A DNA stretch of 63,937 nt, the filler included, from Jimgerdemannia flammicorona (Eukaryota), in the NCBI GenBank assembly GCA_003990765.1. It is 3 parts of 3 records of this genome, joined end to end, with 100 filler letters (N's around TTAATTAATTAA, not from the genome) between each part and the next. Parts side by side here need not be neighbours in the genome. Positions count along the whole stretch, not along the records: positions 21,354 to 42,596 come from RBNJ01001498.1; positions 42,697 to 63,937 come from RBNJ01001499.1; 1 more part is not named here. One strand, 5' to 3'. Below the pieces are notes generated by a model. It was not told where the DNA came from and made no database searches. It saw only the letters and a program-made list of their open reading frames with translations. Positions 39,381 through 51,000 of the stretch are shown piece after piece (positions within the stretch are counted from its first letter, which is position 1; every line of letters starts with the position of its first letter). The translations under genes and the position numbers were made by a program.

Positions 39381-40286
39381 ATGTCTGTCATCCACTGTAC
39401 ACACCCCGACCATTGCCCGCGCTCACAGGCCTGCGCTGCAACCCCCGTTGGCCTGATCTGCCAGGATTCCCGGCTTGAGGCCTTCCAACTGATCTCCAAC
39501 CCGGCCTACGCTTTTTACTATAACCACGCCGACTCCCACGCCAGGTTCCCCATGGGCACGGATGTGGACTCCCCCTGCGAGCACATCCCCCCCTCTACTG
39601 ACCTGGACTCCCTCATTGTGAACCGCACCGACCTCTCTCTGTCCCCCAACGACTTTCTCTACATTGGCAGTTGCCTCCGGGGCTCCTTCTGCTCCCCGGA
39701 TACCCGTACCTGCCAGTACCGCCTCTCGCCCGGCGAGCCCTGCACGTCCGACTTCCAGTGTGACTACCTCTCGTACCCGGGGCAGTGCGTCAACGACACA
39801 TGCCGCACCACGTGGAGGTCATGGGGGGAGGACGGGGAAGGCGACCTGGGCCTGGAGAGCGACGGGTTCGGCCCACAGTTTCGGATGCGTGAAGGGAGTA
39901 ACGTGGCCGTGGCCATGGTGTCGGCCATTGTCATGATGGTGCTACTCATGTGGGTGAGAATGCGCATCGCAATGATGGACGGTTGGTTTGAGAAGTGGGG
40001 GATCGTCGTTGTCGGCGCTGGGAGGTGGGGCGGAAGGTGGAACCCGGAGGCCGATATGGGTGGGTTGGCGCCTGAGGTCGGGCCGACGAGGGGGAGTGGA
40101 AGGAATGGCGTCGGATCGGGGGGTGGAAATGGCCAGGAGTGGAAGGAATGGGCGAGGAATATGGTCGCGAAGCCGCATACGTGGTGGGTAACGAAGAGGC
40201 AGCCAGTGGCATATGTCCCGTTGGGTGCAAGGGAGAGACCGGTGGGGGAACCTGTGATGGAGGAGCCACCGGCGTACCAGGAGTAG
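39381..40286 (+). CDS. Cys-rich single-pass membrane protein with C-terminal PPxY motif (intronless)
   Basis: 301-aa ORF with a Cys cluster (CLRGSFC..C..GEPCTSDFQC..GQCVNDTC), hydrophobic segment VAVAMVSAIVMMVLLMWV and tail EEPPAYQE*. Confidence 0.75.
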   Translation: MSVIHCTHPDHCPRSQACAATPVGLICQDSRLEAFQLISNPAYAFYYNHADSHARFPMGTDVDSPCEHIPPSTDLDSLIVNRTDLSLSPNDFLYIGSCLRGSFCSPDTRTCQYRLSPGEPCTSDFQCDYLSYPGQCVNDTCRTTWRSWGEDGEGDLGLESDGFGPQFRMREGSNVAVAMVSAIVMMVLLMWVRMRIAMMDGWFEKWGIVVVGAGRWGGRWNPEADMGGLAPEVGPTRGSGRNGVGSGGGNGQEWKEWARNMVAKPHTWWVTKRQPVAYVPLGARERPVGEPVMEEPPAYQE

Positions 40287-41765
40287 AGGAAGAGGTCAAC
40301 GAGGTCCCGAGTTTGCAGTACTATGGTACATTTATGCGCCATAATTCTTTCTCATCACATGTGGCAATCAAGATATCCTATTGTTTTTTTATCACTTTTA
40401 TTTTGTGTTTTGTTTTCGCCCTGATCCACACGGTCAATAGAGCTTAATAATTGTAAATCATGGTGGGGGTTTTTTTTTTGTTCACGAAAAAAGTTTTGAT
40501 TACTTTCCAGCATTCGAGCTTCTGTCCCATCCAAGTCGGGGTCTCTACGGTCGTTTGTCCTACCAAACCTTGCTCATACCCTAGTATGACGGCACCGAAC
40601 ATCGTATCTTGACGTGCAGGATAATAAAAACCGCACGCATGAAAATTCTTTTCTGTAGTTCGCAGCTCCCTTATCCTAGTGAAATGTATATTTGAGCCAT
40701 CCTATTCTAATTTCGCAGTTTCGCGCATTCCGACATTCTCTGTGCAAAGCAAAACCCTCTTATTACCACCCATTCGCACGACCCAATCAATCGTCAATTG
40801 TGTCTCAGCTAGAACCGCGGGGCAAACGAATTCATCTCTGACATCCATCAACGCCTCGCCTCGTGACAAGAGGTCCAGAGCCTAAACCCGGAATCAGCCT
40901 GTTTCGTCGCCGCCCCCCTCTCCATCCGCTAGCTTCCATCTCCGGCCGCTGGTAGCCTTACAATCCATTGCGCACTGCTTGAATGCGTCCGGCGACCACG
41001 ATCTGTGTGTAGGATAGAGGACCACGACGCACTAGTGTAGCATCGAGGGGTCCCGTGTTTCGACCACGGCTCATCCGTGTAGGATCAAACCGTGTCGCGT
41101 TAGTGTCGCATGGACGTCCGGCACTAGTGTAGGAATCGTGCTCGAACCCGCGGCCACCGTGTGTTCGAGATCCGCTTCCTCGCGACCTCGCATTTTCTTA
41201 CGCCCGGATCAAATCGTCTCCGTGAATCGAGAGAAATGTTAGAGACGGGGTGGATGAGTATGAATAAAACGTCATCGCTTGGCTCCCCATACTTTACCGC
41301 TGAGCAATTATCGGCGATGTCTCGGTAAGACTCACACCAACTTGTCGCCACATCCCTCCTGCGCTTACGCGCTTGCCATCTATTGTAATCTCAACAAAGA
41401 TGCGATGCATATAGAGAAGGGATACGCCACATCAAAATAATGATATATTAAACATCTATATTACATTACATGTCAACATGTATCCGGAATTAACCGAAGC
41501 AACCCCTAAACCCTCTTCTACTTCTCGCTATGATAATCTTTTTGCTAATCTTTTTGCTAATCTATCAGCCGAAAAAGCAGAAAGACAACGCAAGAAATTA
41601 GAACGCGAAGAAGTCAGAATCAAACAAGTATCAAAGTATGTCTAAAAAAACAAACGTGACAGTCTGTGCCTCAATGTTTTGCGAACCAACGACACGATTC
41701 GGTCCACGTTAAGAATGCTTTTCGCAAATTGCGTCTCGGTAAACCCCTCATAGCCTCCCTACAAC

Positions 41766-42596
41766 CTACACCAACGCTGACCTCTTTGCGATTGCGAACC
41801 CGACGACGGCAAACATTGCAAACACGCCGAGGATCCAAAAGAACCACACGAGGTCATCCTGGTCGCGGCCAGGAACCTTAACGTTCATGCCAAACAGACC
41901 GGTAACAAGGTTCATGGGCACGATGACGGTGGCGAAGACAGTAAGGCGCCCGACGACGTCGTTGGTGACGCTCGAGGTCTGCGTTAGCTCGATCGAGATC
42001 TGTGCCAGGTAATTGGAGTGCGAACGCGCCAGGATCGTCTCGTAATGGTTGAGGTTTTGAACCATCGTGACGATGTGGTCTGGTGCGGGTTCCGGTGTAC
42101 TTGTACTTTAGTGGATCGAACAAGTGACCAAACTACAAAGAAACAATCTCCGAGCGAGATAAAAAAAAAAAACGCACCGCACCTTGAATATCCCCCAGAT
42201 AGAGGGCAACATTATGGTGCATGGCTCTTTTATGCGCGTTTATCGGCGCACTCGATCCGCCCACTCCCGCCCCCGCCTCCAACCCCATCTCGTTGGCAAC
42301 CTCGAATCTCTTCATTAGACCCTTGACAACGTCTGCCTTGGTGCTGAGTAGCCTGAGCAGCTGCATGACCTTTTTACGGCAGTGTCCGATGCGGCGGAGC
42401 ATATCGGACTGCTCGGACTCACGCAGCAGCAGCACGAGATCGTCGATGGAGTCAACCTCGAGTTCAATCTGTTGAATCAGCGGCGCGAACGAATCTGTGA
42501 TGTCATCGATCAGCGCGTAGTTGATCCAGTCGGGGGTCACCGTGATGAAGTCCTTGAGCTGGCGGATGCGCTTGCGAACCTTATGGGGGTGGGGGG
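41766..42596 (-). CDS. CorA-family Mg2+ transporter (ALR-type), 3' portion; truncated by the linker
   Basis: VTPDWINYALIDDITDSFAPLI, EQSDMLRRIG, ALYLGDIQ/DHIVTMVQNLNHYE, PMNLVTGLFGMNVKVPG (GMN signature). One GT-AG intron. Confidence 0.93.
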
Positions 42597-42696
42597 NNNN
42601 NNNNNNNNNNNNNNNNNNNNNNNNNNNNNNNNNNNNNNNNTTAATTAATTAANNNNNNNNNNNNNNNNNNNNNNNNNNNNNNNNNNNNNNNNNNNN
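42597..42696. other. Artificial contig linker (N44-TTAATTAATTAA-N44)
   Basis: Identical structure to 21254-21353. Confidence 0.95.
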
Positions 42697-44522
42697 GGGT
42701 GTCCAAGAGGTGGATGTGGAGGGAGCTCGGGATGCTTCATGCTTGGGTTCTTCTTTCTTGGTCCAAGTCCTTTCCTTATTGTTGAATTGCCTTCGGGGCA
42801 GAATTGGTCCAGCTGTTAGGATTTACTTAACCATAGTCTTGATTCTTGCTAGGCACCATTGTTGGTAATCACAACCAACTGGGCGGCCTTGTTCTCGGAT
42901 TTTTCTAGTAAGCCATTCAGGCAGAGCATCGAATAAATGGTCTGCTCTTGTACCATTTCATGCTTCATCATTGGCAATGTATCCTAGGCCAATAGTGTTC
43001 AGGAGTGACTCGAGTTTTGTACAGAAGGTTTCAAATTCTTCTTTGCCATGTATATCAAATTTGAGGTTGTGGAGTTTTACTCAAGATTCAGCAATCATGG
43101 TTTCGCTGCAGTATTGAGCAATCATGAGTTGTTTGAGTCCAGGGGCTGCAGGATGGGCTCCATATCCTGGGGCATTGTTTGCTGCATTCTGAGTAACTAC
43201 TGCAGATTGGGTATCCCATGTGAGGAGTTTTTCAGGAAGGGTTCACCACCATTCTTTGGCAGGTCCTTGGAAGAATGTAACAACTCGGCGGACATAGGCT
43301 GTAGTTGTAGCAAAGAGTTGTTCCAGGGTGTGGTCTTGATTGTTTGTCAGAATGCAGTCAGCGACTCGCTCATTAGTCCATTGATTGGCTTCAAAGTTGG
43401 TGTCAACTACACTAATGAAGCTTTGGATTTCTTGTGCAGTACCATTGAAGATAGGTAGGCTCAGATTTTTAGTAGGTTGGGTCTGTTCAGCTAAGGCAGT
43501 AATGGTTGCTGCCATTATAGCTACTTGGGCTGTGAGGTCTAGAATCTGTTGGTTTGCTATGTTGATTGCTGGAGGCAGTTGGACTGCTGGTAGTGGTGTT
43601 ACTGGTACTACTTGAGGTACTGGTGCAGAGTGTGATGGGGTTCTTTGGGTCTGTGTAAGTTGCTGGAGTAGTAGTTGTAGGTCTGGAGTGAGGGCTTGAT
43701 AGATAGCTGTTTGTTGCTGTGTAGGTGTATTCTGTTCTGATGGATGTGTGTCTCCTTCGGTGGTGTATCCGGGATTGAATTCGGTGAGATACTCCTCCTC
43801 TTCTTCAGTTTGGTCCCCGTGTAATTGGGTTTGCTCAGCATCAAAGTAGACAGAATCAGTTGTATATCTGATTTCAGACAGACTTAATTCAAAGTCAAGT
43901 TCAGGTTCGGTATTGATTTCAGATTCAGGTAGGGCTGTAGCAGGGCCTGCTTCAGGTTTGGGGTCAGGTAGTTGATGAAGAGTTTCTCTTGCTTCTTCCT
44001 TAAGGATATGGCGGGCCTTGCTGTTCTGAAATCGGTAGTATAAGGCGGTCTTGGTTCTGGTGCGATGAAAGTCGGTAGAGTTGAGCTACTTGGCTACAGA
44101 GGCTTGGGCTTTGTGAGGAACTAAGACTAGAAAGACTGCTGCTGGTTGTCCTAGATCGCTCGGATTTGTGGAGCTGACAAAACTCTTATTGAGAAGAGTA
44201 AAGAAGGCTTCAATAAGACCTTCTTCATCTTAACTTACTGGGTGTAGTGCAAGGAGTTCGGTGAATAGGGTTTCGCCTATTTGCTGGTTTAACTGGAGTA
44301 CTTCTTTCTTTGAATGAAGTTTATCCCACTTGTTGCAGGTGTGGAGGTCAAATTGTCCTTATACGTCAGGTTCAATTCTCTCCAGATTGTTGGATGGTTC
44401 AGGATAAATTCTAGTTCAGAGGTTGGACTTTATACCAACTTATAGGAATTCGCAGAAGGGTTTGTAGTGGGGTGAGGAAGCGTCTTGAAGCGGAATTGGA
44501 TTATAAACCGCTGCTACCAAGT
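42697..44522 (-). mobile_element. Element D (family 2 Ty3/Gypsy): PBS and decayed gag, cut by contig end
   Basis: PBS TGGTAGCAGCGG follows the LTR end at 44523. Gag (LSLPIFNGTAQEIQSFISVVD..FFQGPAKEWW) is near-identical to the gag of element C. Confidence 0.88.
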
Positions 44523-46586
44523 TGTAAGAGGGTTACTTTTTAGGATAACCATTACATAGTTCTGGACAGGTTTTCTGGAAGTTCTGGATATTCTGGAAGA
44601 CTGTTTTCTTATGGTCAAGATCAATTTCATATGGAGTACGTCCTCTATGCTTATTGATTTCAAGATCAGGTTGATGTCTCAACCCAAGTCCTTTTTCGGA
44701 CTAGTTCTGGATGTTCAGGATTTTCCGTATTTCAGGAAGTTTAAGAAACTAAGACCAGCTTAGTTGAATTGGCATATCGCTGCAGACAATACCCAATTAG
44801 GAAATTTCGTGATGGGGTTAGGAGTAGGACCTAATAGAGAGCGGATTTACTTAAGAGTGGTTTGTGGGTTATTAAATAGATTTATTTGCTATTCATGATA
44901 TTGCTATACTAGGAGTAGTTGTGTGAAGGGGTATTGTGGGGAAGTGCTCAGGAGTTGTGTTTGGATTGTTCAAGTCTGAGATTCTGAGGTCTGGGGGAGG
45001 GGGTATTTATACTAGTGAGAGGCTATCTGGACTATGCTAGATATAGATGTAGTACTTAGTGCCTTGCTGAGTTGGAATACAGTCACGTAGTACAAGTGTG
45101 ATCTGATATGTCAAGAGATCGTCTGACTGCTGAGTCAGTTCACAGTCATGTCGTACAATGCTAATCTAACTATACTATGACTGTTAGGCTATTTATGGTT
45201 TAGGCACTGTCTGGGTAGTCTTCGATGACATCACTATCGATTGCATCATCTCAGATGAAGTAGTCATCTAGGAAGAGTGGTTTGCGGATTACTTCTCCTT
45301 GTTGGCTGAGGTAGTAATACATTGGGACTTCATCTCCGTCCCATAGGATAGCATCATCTGTTTCATATGCTGGATAAGGTGTTGGTGGGTAAAGGATGGA
45401 TATATTATCTTCGCTTTCATCGGATTCACTGTCTGCATACCTTCTATAGGTTACAGCACTATGAGTCACAGGGTTGTAGTAAGCTGGCGGCTGTGGTTCA
45501 TGTTGCTTATACTCAAGTGGTGGAGTTGTTGGTTCGATCTCGAGGGTTGTCTGGAGGTATAGATTGTGTTCTCCGGTCTCTTCATTGTAATTGAAGTAAT
45601 TGAGGGTGAATGCGGGTTGGTATTCGTGCCAGTGGTCATTGTCCCAATAAGTCTCGTATGTGGTTATGAACTGTTGTAAGTTCATTAGCAAGGTTGGCAG
45701 TGTGATCAGGGTTGGTAGAGATTCTTGGCTGGAGATCATATCAGCATCAGAGGGATCATTGTCTTCTGCTTCATCTTCATCGAAGTGGATTATATTGTAG
45801 ACGTCTTTCATGGCATATCCAACTTGGGGCATTTGCAGGATATAATCGTCAGAGTGTGAGAAGGTTCTGTCTGTGGTTTCAACATACTCGAGGTACTTGT
45901 GGTTGAGTTCTTGTATCATATCATCGATTTGGCTATAGGACAGAGTAGCAACCATTTCACTGGTAGTGACTTGGAGGCAGGGAATAAAGGTGCTGTACTC
46001 ATAAAAGAGTTCTCAGTGTTTGTAGACGATGAGCTTCTGGTGTTGAGACATCTGAGTAATGTCTGTGTCATGGTGGTGTTCGACTATATCTTCCAAGAGG
46101 CGGCCGATCTGGTAGTAGCTTGAGATTTGTCCGATTCAGTGGACCTCATTAAGCATGTTCAGGGCATTCCATCGGGCTTCACAAAGTAGAGGAGTGCTAG
46201 GCTATGGATATTCATAAGGGGCAGAGGGGGTGTGGCTCGGTTGACAATGGCATTCCAAATGTCAGCGCAGATGCAGTTGTAGATCTTGGTGGTCATGTTT
46301 GTATATGTTCAGAAGTTGTGGTTGTTGTTTGTTTTGGTTCTCTGTTTCAACGTGTCTCAGTGCTCGGTATATATGCATTTGATCCTGATTGGTAAGATTC
46401 CATTTGTGTGAATCTTGTATTCCATGACTTCATATTGACTCAGCTTTGTGCACTGTGACTTCGGTTTGACTCAGCTTTGTGATCAGGCAGGTAATTTCCA
46501 GATTTGTTCAGAGGTTGCATGTGATTTTGGTGGCTTGTTCAAAGTGTGATATGTGATTTCAGTAGCTTGGGAGTTGTGTGCTTACA
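44523..46586 (-). repeat. Family 2 LTR (2064 bp), serving as 3' LTR of B and 5' LTR of D
   Basis: TGTAAG..CTTACA termini, preceded by PPT AAGAAGGGGAGAGT (46587-46600) and followed by a PBS. TATAAATACCC at 45001-45011. Homologous to 60772-62245. Confidence 0.9.
45251..46296 (-). pseudogene. LTR-embedded accessory ORF (about 348 codons ancestrally; frameshift and stops)
   Basis: Homologous to 61031-61798. The 234-aa C-terminal part is open; the 5' part has a 1-bp deletion and TGA stops. Confidence 0.8.
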
Positions 46587-47086
46587 ACTCTCCCCTTCTT
46601 AGCTTTCGACGTCCTTGTCAGAGCCTTCTAATTTTGTTCTAGTACTGTTATATTGTTTAGGAGGTCAAAAGTTTGGTGAAGTCCATTTTTCTCAGAAAGT
46701 GGCATGCTCGTAGTACAGTTGCCTAACATGTTGGATTCACACGTTAAAGAGTCATGTATTTGATGCTATGCGCTGGAAGTGATTCTGACATCATTCACTG
46801 CTGGAGAATTTCCTCTAAGGAATCTTCTTAAATGTCTATGCCTCGTTTCCCACCAGTGGTATGGGGAGAATAGACTTGCTTTCAGTTTTGCTATTTTTCC
46901 AGAGGGTCGGTATTCTTGTCTTGTTTTGCTGAGTTCTTGGTTTTGTTCATGATAATTATAGTGTTCAGAAGGATAATATATAGTATATACTGATAGGTAT
47001 CAGAGTATTTAGATTTCAGTTATTCAGGGAATCGTATTCCTGAACTAAGTTGGTAGTATTCTGAAGGTTGGTCTTGGGTTCCTATG

Positions 47087-47915
47087 TGTAATAGAACGAA
47101 CAGATGGGACATGACAAACGATGAGCGATCACGTGACCTGGCGAGCGATGACGTTATCATACAAACGAAGCGCTACATATGAATTACGAACGATGCGAAA
47201 TGACATAGAAAACGATATCCAGCTTATCCCCAATAATCGGTGCCGCAGCCACAGTTGCCACAGCAGCTGATTATTGCCTAGTAATTGAGGTCCTGATCAC
47301 AAAGTTGTTTTTGCCAAAAACCACCTGACAAAGGTCGCGATCACAAACCTCATTATAGTTACCAAATTAGTCACTCATACTTAGTCAGAAATCGCAGACC
47401 AACTTGTATAAATACCCCCCAGTTTCCATCTAAAATAAAGCAGTTTTAGTTCAGTCCTTGATATAAGAATCAAGTCCCCCCCACACACACACATTCCCCT
47501 GAGTCTTAGTAATGACACCTAAGTGACTCTAGTGTTTCTGACTAAACTCCAGAAGCCTAGCTAACTTCTGCCAGAACTGAGACTGGTATATAAATCCTCA
47601 AAGACTTAAGTAAACCCATTGAACCTGAACTCCAAGGCGAATTCAGTCTGTGCACAGCAAAGAACAAGAGCCTCGAAATAGGGCACAAGAGAAAGACCTT
47701 TGAAAGATAAGGCACACAAGAGAAAGACCTTTGAAATAGAAGGCAAACCAGAAAGACCTTTGAAAGATAAGGCACTGCTGCTACAACTACTTTAAGTGAG
47801 CGCTTCCTCAAACCGAAGGCTTCTTGGTACACATTGTGTACTAAGTCCCTAAGTAATAGTCCACTTCCCTAATTATCCAAAGGATAAGAGAGGGGTAGAA
47901 GTGAGAGTTATTACA
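47087..47915 (+). repeat. 5' LTR of element A
   Basis: TGTAATA..TATTACA termini; TATAAATACCCC at about 47407; three ~30-bp AGAAAGACCTTTGAAA repeats at about 47680-47775. Confidence 0.95.
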
Positions 47916-47918
47916 ACT

Positions 47919-47938
47919 TGGTAGCAGCAGGTGGTTTA
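47919..47938 (+). promoter_or_regulatory. Primer binding site, initiator-Met tRNA type
   Basis: TGGTAGCAGCAGGTGGTTT 3 nt after the LTR; resembles the complement of eukaryotic tRNAi-Met 3' ends. Confidence 0.75.
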
Positions 47939-48020
47939 CCAGTCAAGAAGGCACCAAAGAATATACTCCTGAAGTTGGAACAAGACCAACCTTGGACAGG
48001 AGTAACCCCCAGGAACAACT

Positions 48021-51000
48021 GTGGATTCTCAAACCAGAGCCAGAGAAGCCCTTGCCATTAGGACCAGGTGGTTCCAGGAAACCACAGATACAGAGACCTG
48101 CCAACTTGTAATTGACCAGGCTTACAGGGATCTATACCAGGCCTTTAGGACATACCACTCAGGACTTAGGAATATTGTTAGCCACCATAGATTCTACAAA
48201 CTTCTCTGAGGACACATTGGAACCACTAGGACTCCAGAATCTACTGCTGCAGCCACCCAGGATTTTCTAGATTATATCACACCCCCTGCTGCAAAAGAAG
48301 CAGCTGCTGAGTGGATTGCCTCTGACAGATATCATCATACCTCTACCAAGACCTCCCTCTACTACAGGCTAGTTGTATACTACGCCTCTGCCATAACTAG
48401 GTACGAGAACGAGCAAGCAGGCCAACCATCCCCTACTGCTGAACAAGGAGCAGGTCCATCTACTCAGCCAGAGACTGATATTCTTTTTGAAGGACCTAGT
48501 CAGTACGAGGACGCACTATCTCATCAGGAAAGGGAGTCAGATGAAAACTCTACAGGTTACCAGTCTGACGATAGCTAACGAGAAATAGCAGGCCTAGGAA
48601 TTTACCAAGGAACCACAGATCAAGAAGATCAGACCCCAGAACCAACCCAGCCACCTATACAGAGGTTTGGTTTACCCTCCCTCACAGGACTCTTTGACTT
48701 AATATCCGGGAACCAAGTAACCCTAAGTCATACAGCACCACAACCCAACCAAGCAGAACAATTTACAGGAGAATCTACCCCAATAGGCCCACCACCAATA
48801 GTCAACACAATGGTAGATATCAATATCACAGCACTGACTACCCAGCTAGCAGCACTAGCAGGGATAGTAGGACAGATTGCTGAACAGAACAAACCAACCA
48901 AGACCTTGTGAATCCCAACATTCAGTGGAAAAAACAGTAATATTGAAAACTTCATCAATGCAGTTGACACAGGCTACCAAGCCAACCAATGGAATAATAA
49001 CCGAGTGCCTATAGGGATGCTCACCAACAACCAGAACAGCACCCTTCAACAGCTGTTTGCTACATCAGCAGCACAAGTGGAAACAGTAGCCTCATTCTTC
49101 ACTGGAACAGCAGCCGAATTCTGGCGAACCTTGGAACAACACCCAGTAACCTGGGAAGCCCGCCCTCAAGTCAATGGACAAGTACCTGGCAACAATAGAC
49201 CAGGTTGGGATGACCATGAAGCAGGCCCAGGACTCAAGGCCTTGCTACTGACCAAATTCCGAAATGCAGCCTACATATAAGAAACATGGAATAAACTGTC
49301 CCAGATGAAGTTCCACAAGAATGGTGAAGAAGATCTAGAGACCTTTGCCACCAGAATGGATGCCTATCTCAAAACCGTTGGACTTACCTACTAGGAAAAC
49401 AATTTGGCTATCAATGATACTAGAGCCAACCATCTCTTTGCAGCCCTACCAGACTGGCTCACCCAGAAGATCAAGAAACAAGGTCTTCCCCAAGGATGTC
49501 CCCACTACTCATGGTGTTTTGCCCAAGTACAAAGAAGAGCCCGCAAAATCCTTGCTGCACAAGCCCCACGAAATCAAGAACACAAGAAGGATAGCCAAGA
49601 TAGGAGAAACTCTACCAGGAGAAATGATCAAAGGAGTGACCAAAGATATGATCAAAGATATGATCAAAGGAACCAGCAAAACCCCAGAGAACCCAGACCT
49701 CCCACTGAGGATGAGAAGAAGCAGCTCCGTGAAAAGGGATTGTACTTCATCTGCAAGAAGGTAGGACATATCTCATTCAGATGCCCTGAGAAGAAGAACA
49801 GAACAGACGAACCCAGTAACCAGAACATTACTGTTATCAGAGAAGGTCTAGGAAAGAAGAACCCTGAGAATGTCATCAAAGTACAGAAGATATGGTACAA
49901 GGCTACCACCCCCACTAAGGCCCACCCAACAGATGCTGGATATAATCTCTACAGCAGTCAAGACCTCACCATTCTACCAAGTACCAATGCTACAGTATGA
50001 ACAGGGATTGCAATGCAAGCTTCCAAAGGAACATACATCTGCCTTGCTGAATGAAGCAGCCTAGCCAAAGAGTTCAACATTGGACTAGGAGGAGGAGTAG
50101 TTGACCAAGGATTTACTGGTGAAATCTGTGTCATCTTGCGAAATTTTGGAGACACATCATTTGAAGTCAAAACTGGCCAAAGAATTGCCCAAGCAATCAT
50201 TGAAGAAATCCATCAAGATCTCACCATTGAAGAAGTCCCCGAGCTCTCTCAGACAGATCATGGCAAGAAAGGGTTTGGATCTACCAACAAACCTCCCAGT
50301 CAAAAGGTCACTACCATGAAGGAAGATGATGAAAACTGGTACAAGAGAATTGCAGATAGTTATGCACCATGTGGATGATGCCCTCATTCTATTCGAATGT
50401 ACTGCATGGAACATGTTGGTGAATGCCATGCATGCCTCTCCAAAGTTTTCAAAATTCAATCCGAGAAATGCGAAGCTCAACAGACTGAGGAACCCAAACA
50501 AGACAACCCTCCTTGTGAAGGATGGAGAGAAACTGACTTTGAGGAGACTGACAGCAATTGGGACAACAATGGGGATAAAGAGCTCAATACCATCAAGAAG
50601 GAGGACAGTTGCATCAAGTTCACAGGCCAAGTCCACAGACAGAATGTCAATGTCTTGCTTGATAGCAGTGCTACCGGAAACTACATCAGCACCAAGACTG
50701 CTAAGAGAATTGGAGCCCAAAGCAGACCAACTACTGAGAAAAGAAGTATTACCTTCGGTGATAGAAAGACTGCGCCATTGACCAAGATCTGTGAAGATCT
50801 CTTGCTCAAGATTGGCAAATATCAAGAGAAGTTGGACTTCAGCATTGTAGACCTCCCAGGACAGGACATCATCCTAGGAAAAGCCTGGTTGACCCAACAC
50901 AACCCAGACATTAACTGGAGGACCAATGAGGTTAACCTGACCCACGAAGGCAGAAAGATCACCCTGACACCCCAGGAAGATACCAACCATCAAGGAATTG

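Noticed and set aside
40881..40889. CCTAAACCC as a possible telomerase RNA template or telomeric seed (also about 41504)
   Set aside because: Too short, with no supporting structure or tandem array.
47680..47775. Short direct repeats that look CRISPR-like
   Set aside because: Only three units, near-identical spacers, inside an LTR, no cas genes, eukaryotic context.
47557..47832. 91-aa antisense ORF repeated at 55936-56211 with internal repeats
   Set aside because: Duplicated only because it lies in A's LTR; it arises from the 30-bp tandem repeats and has no ATG start.
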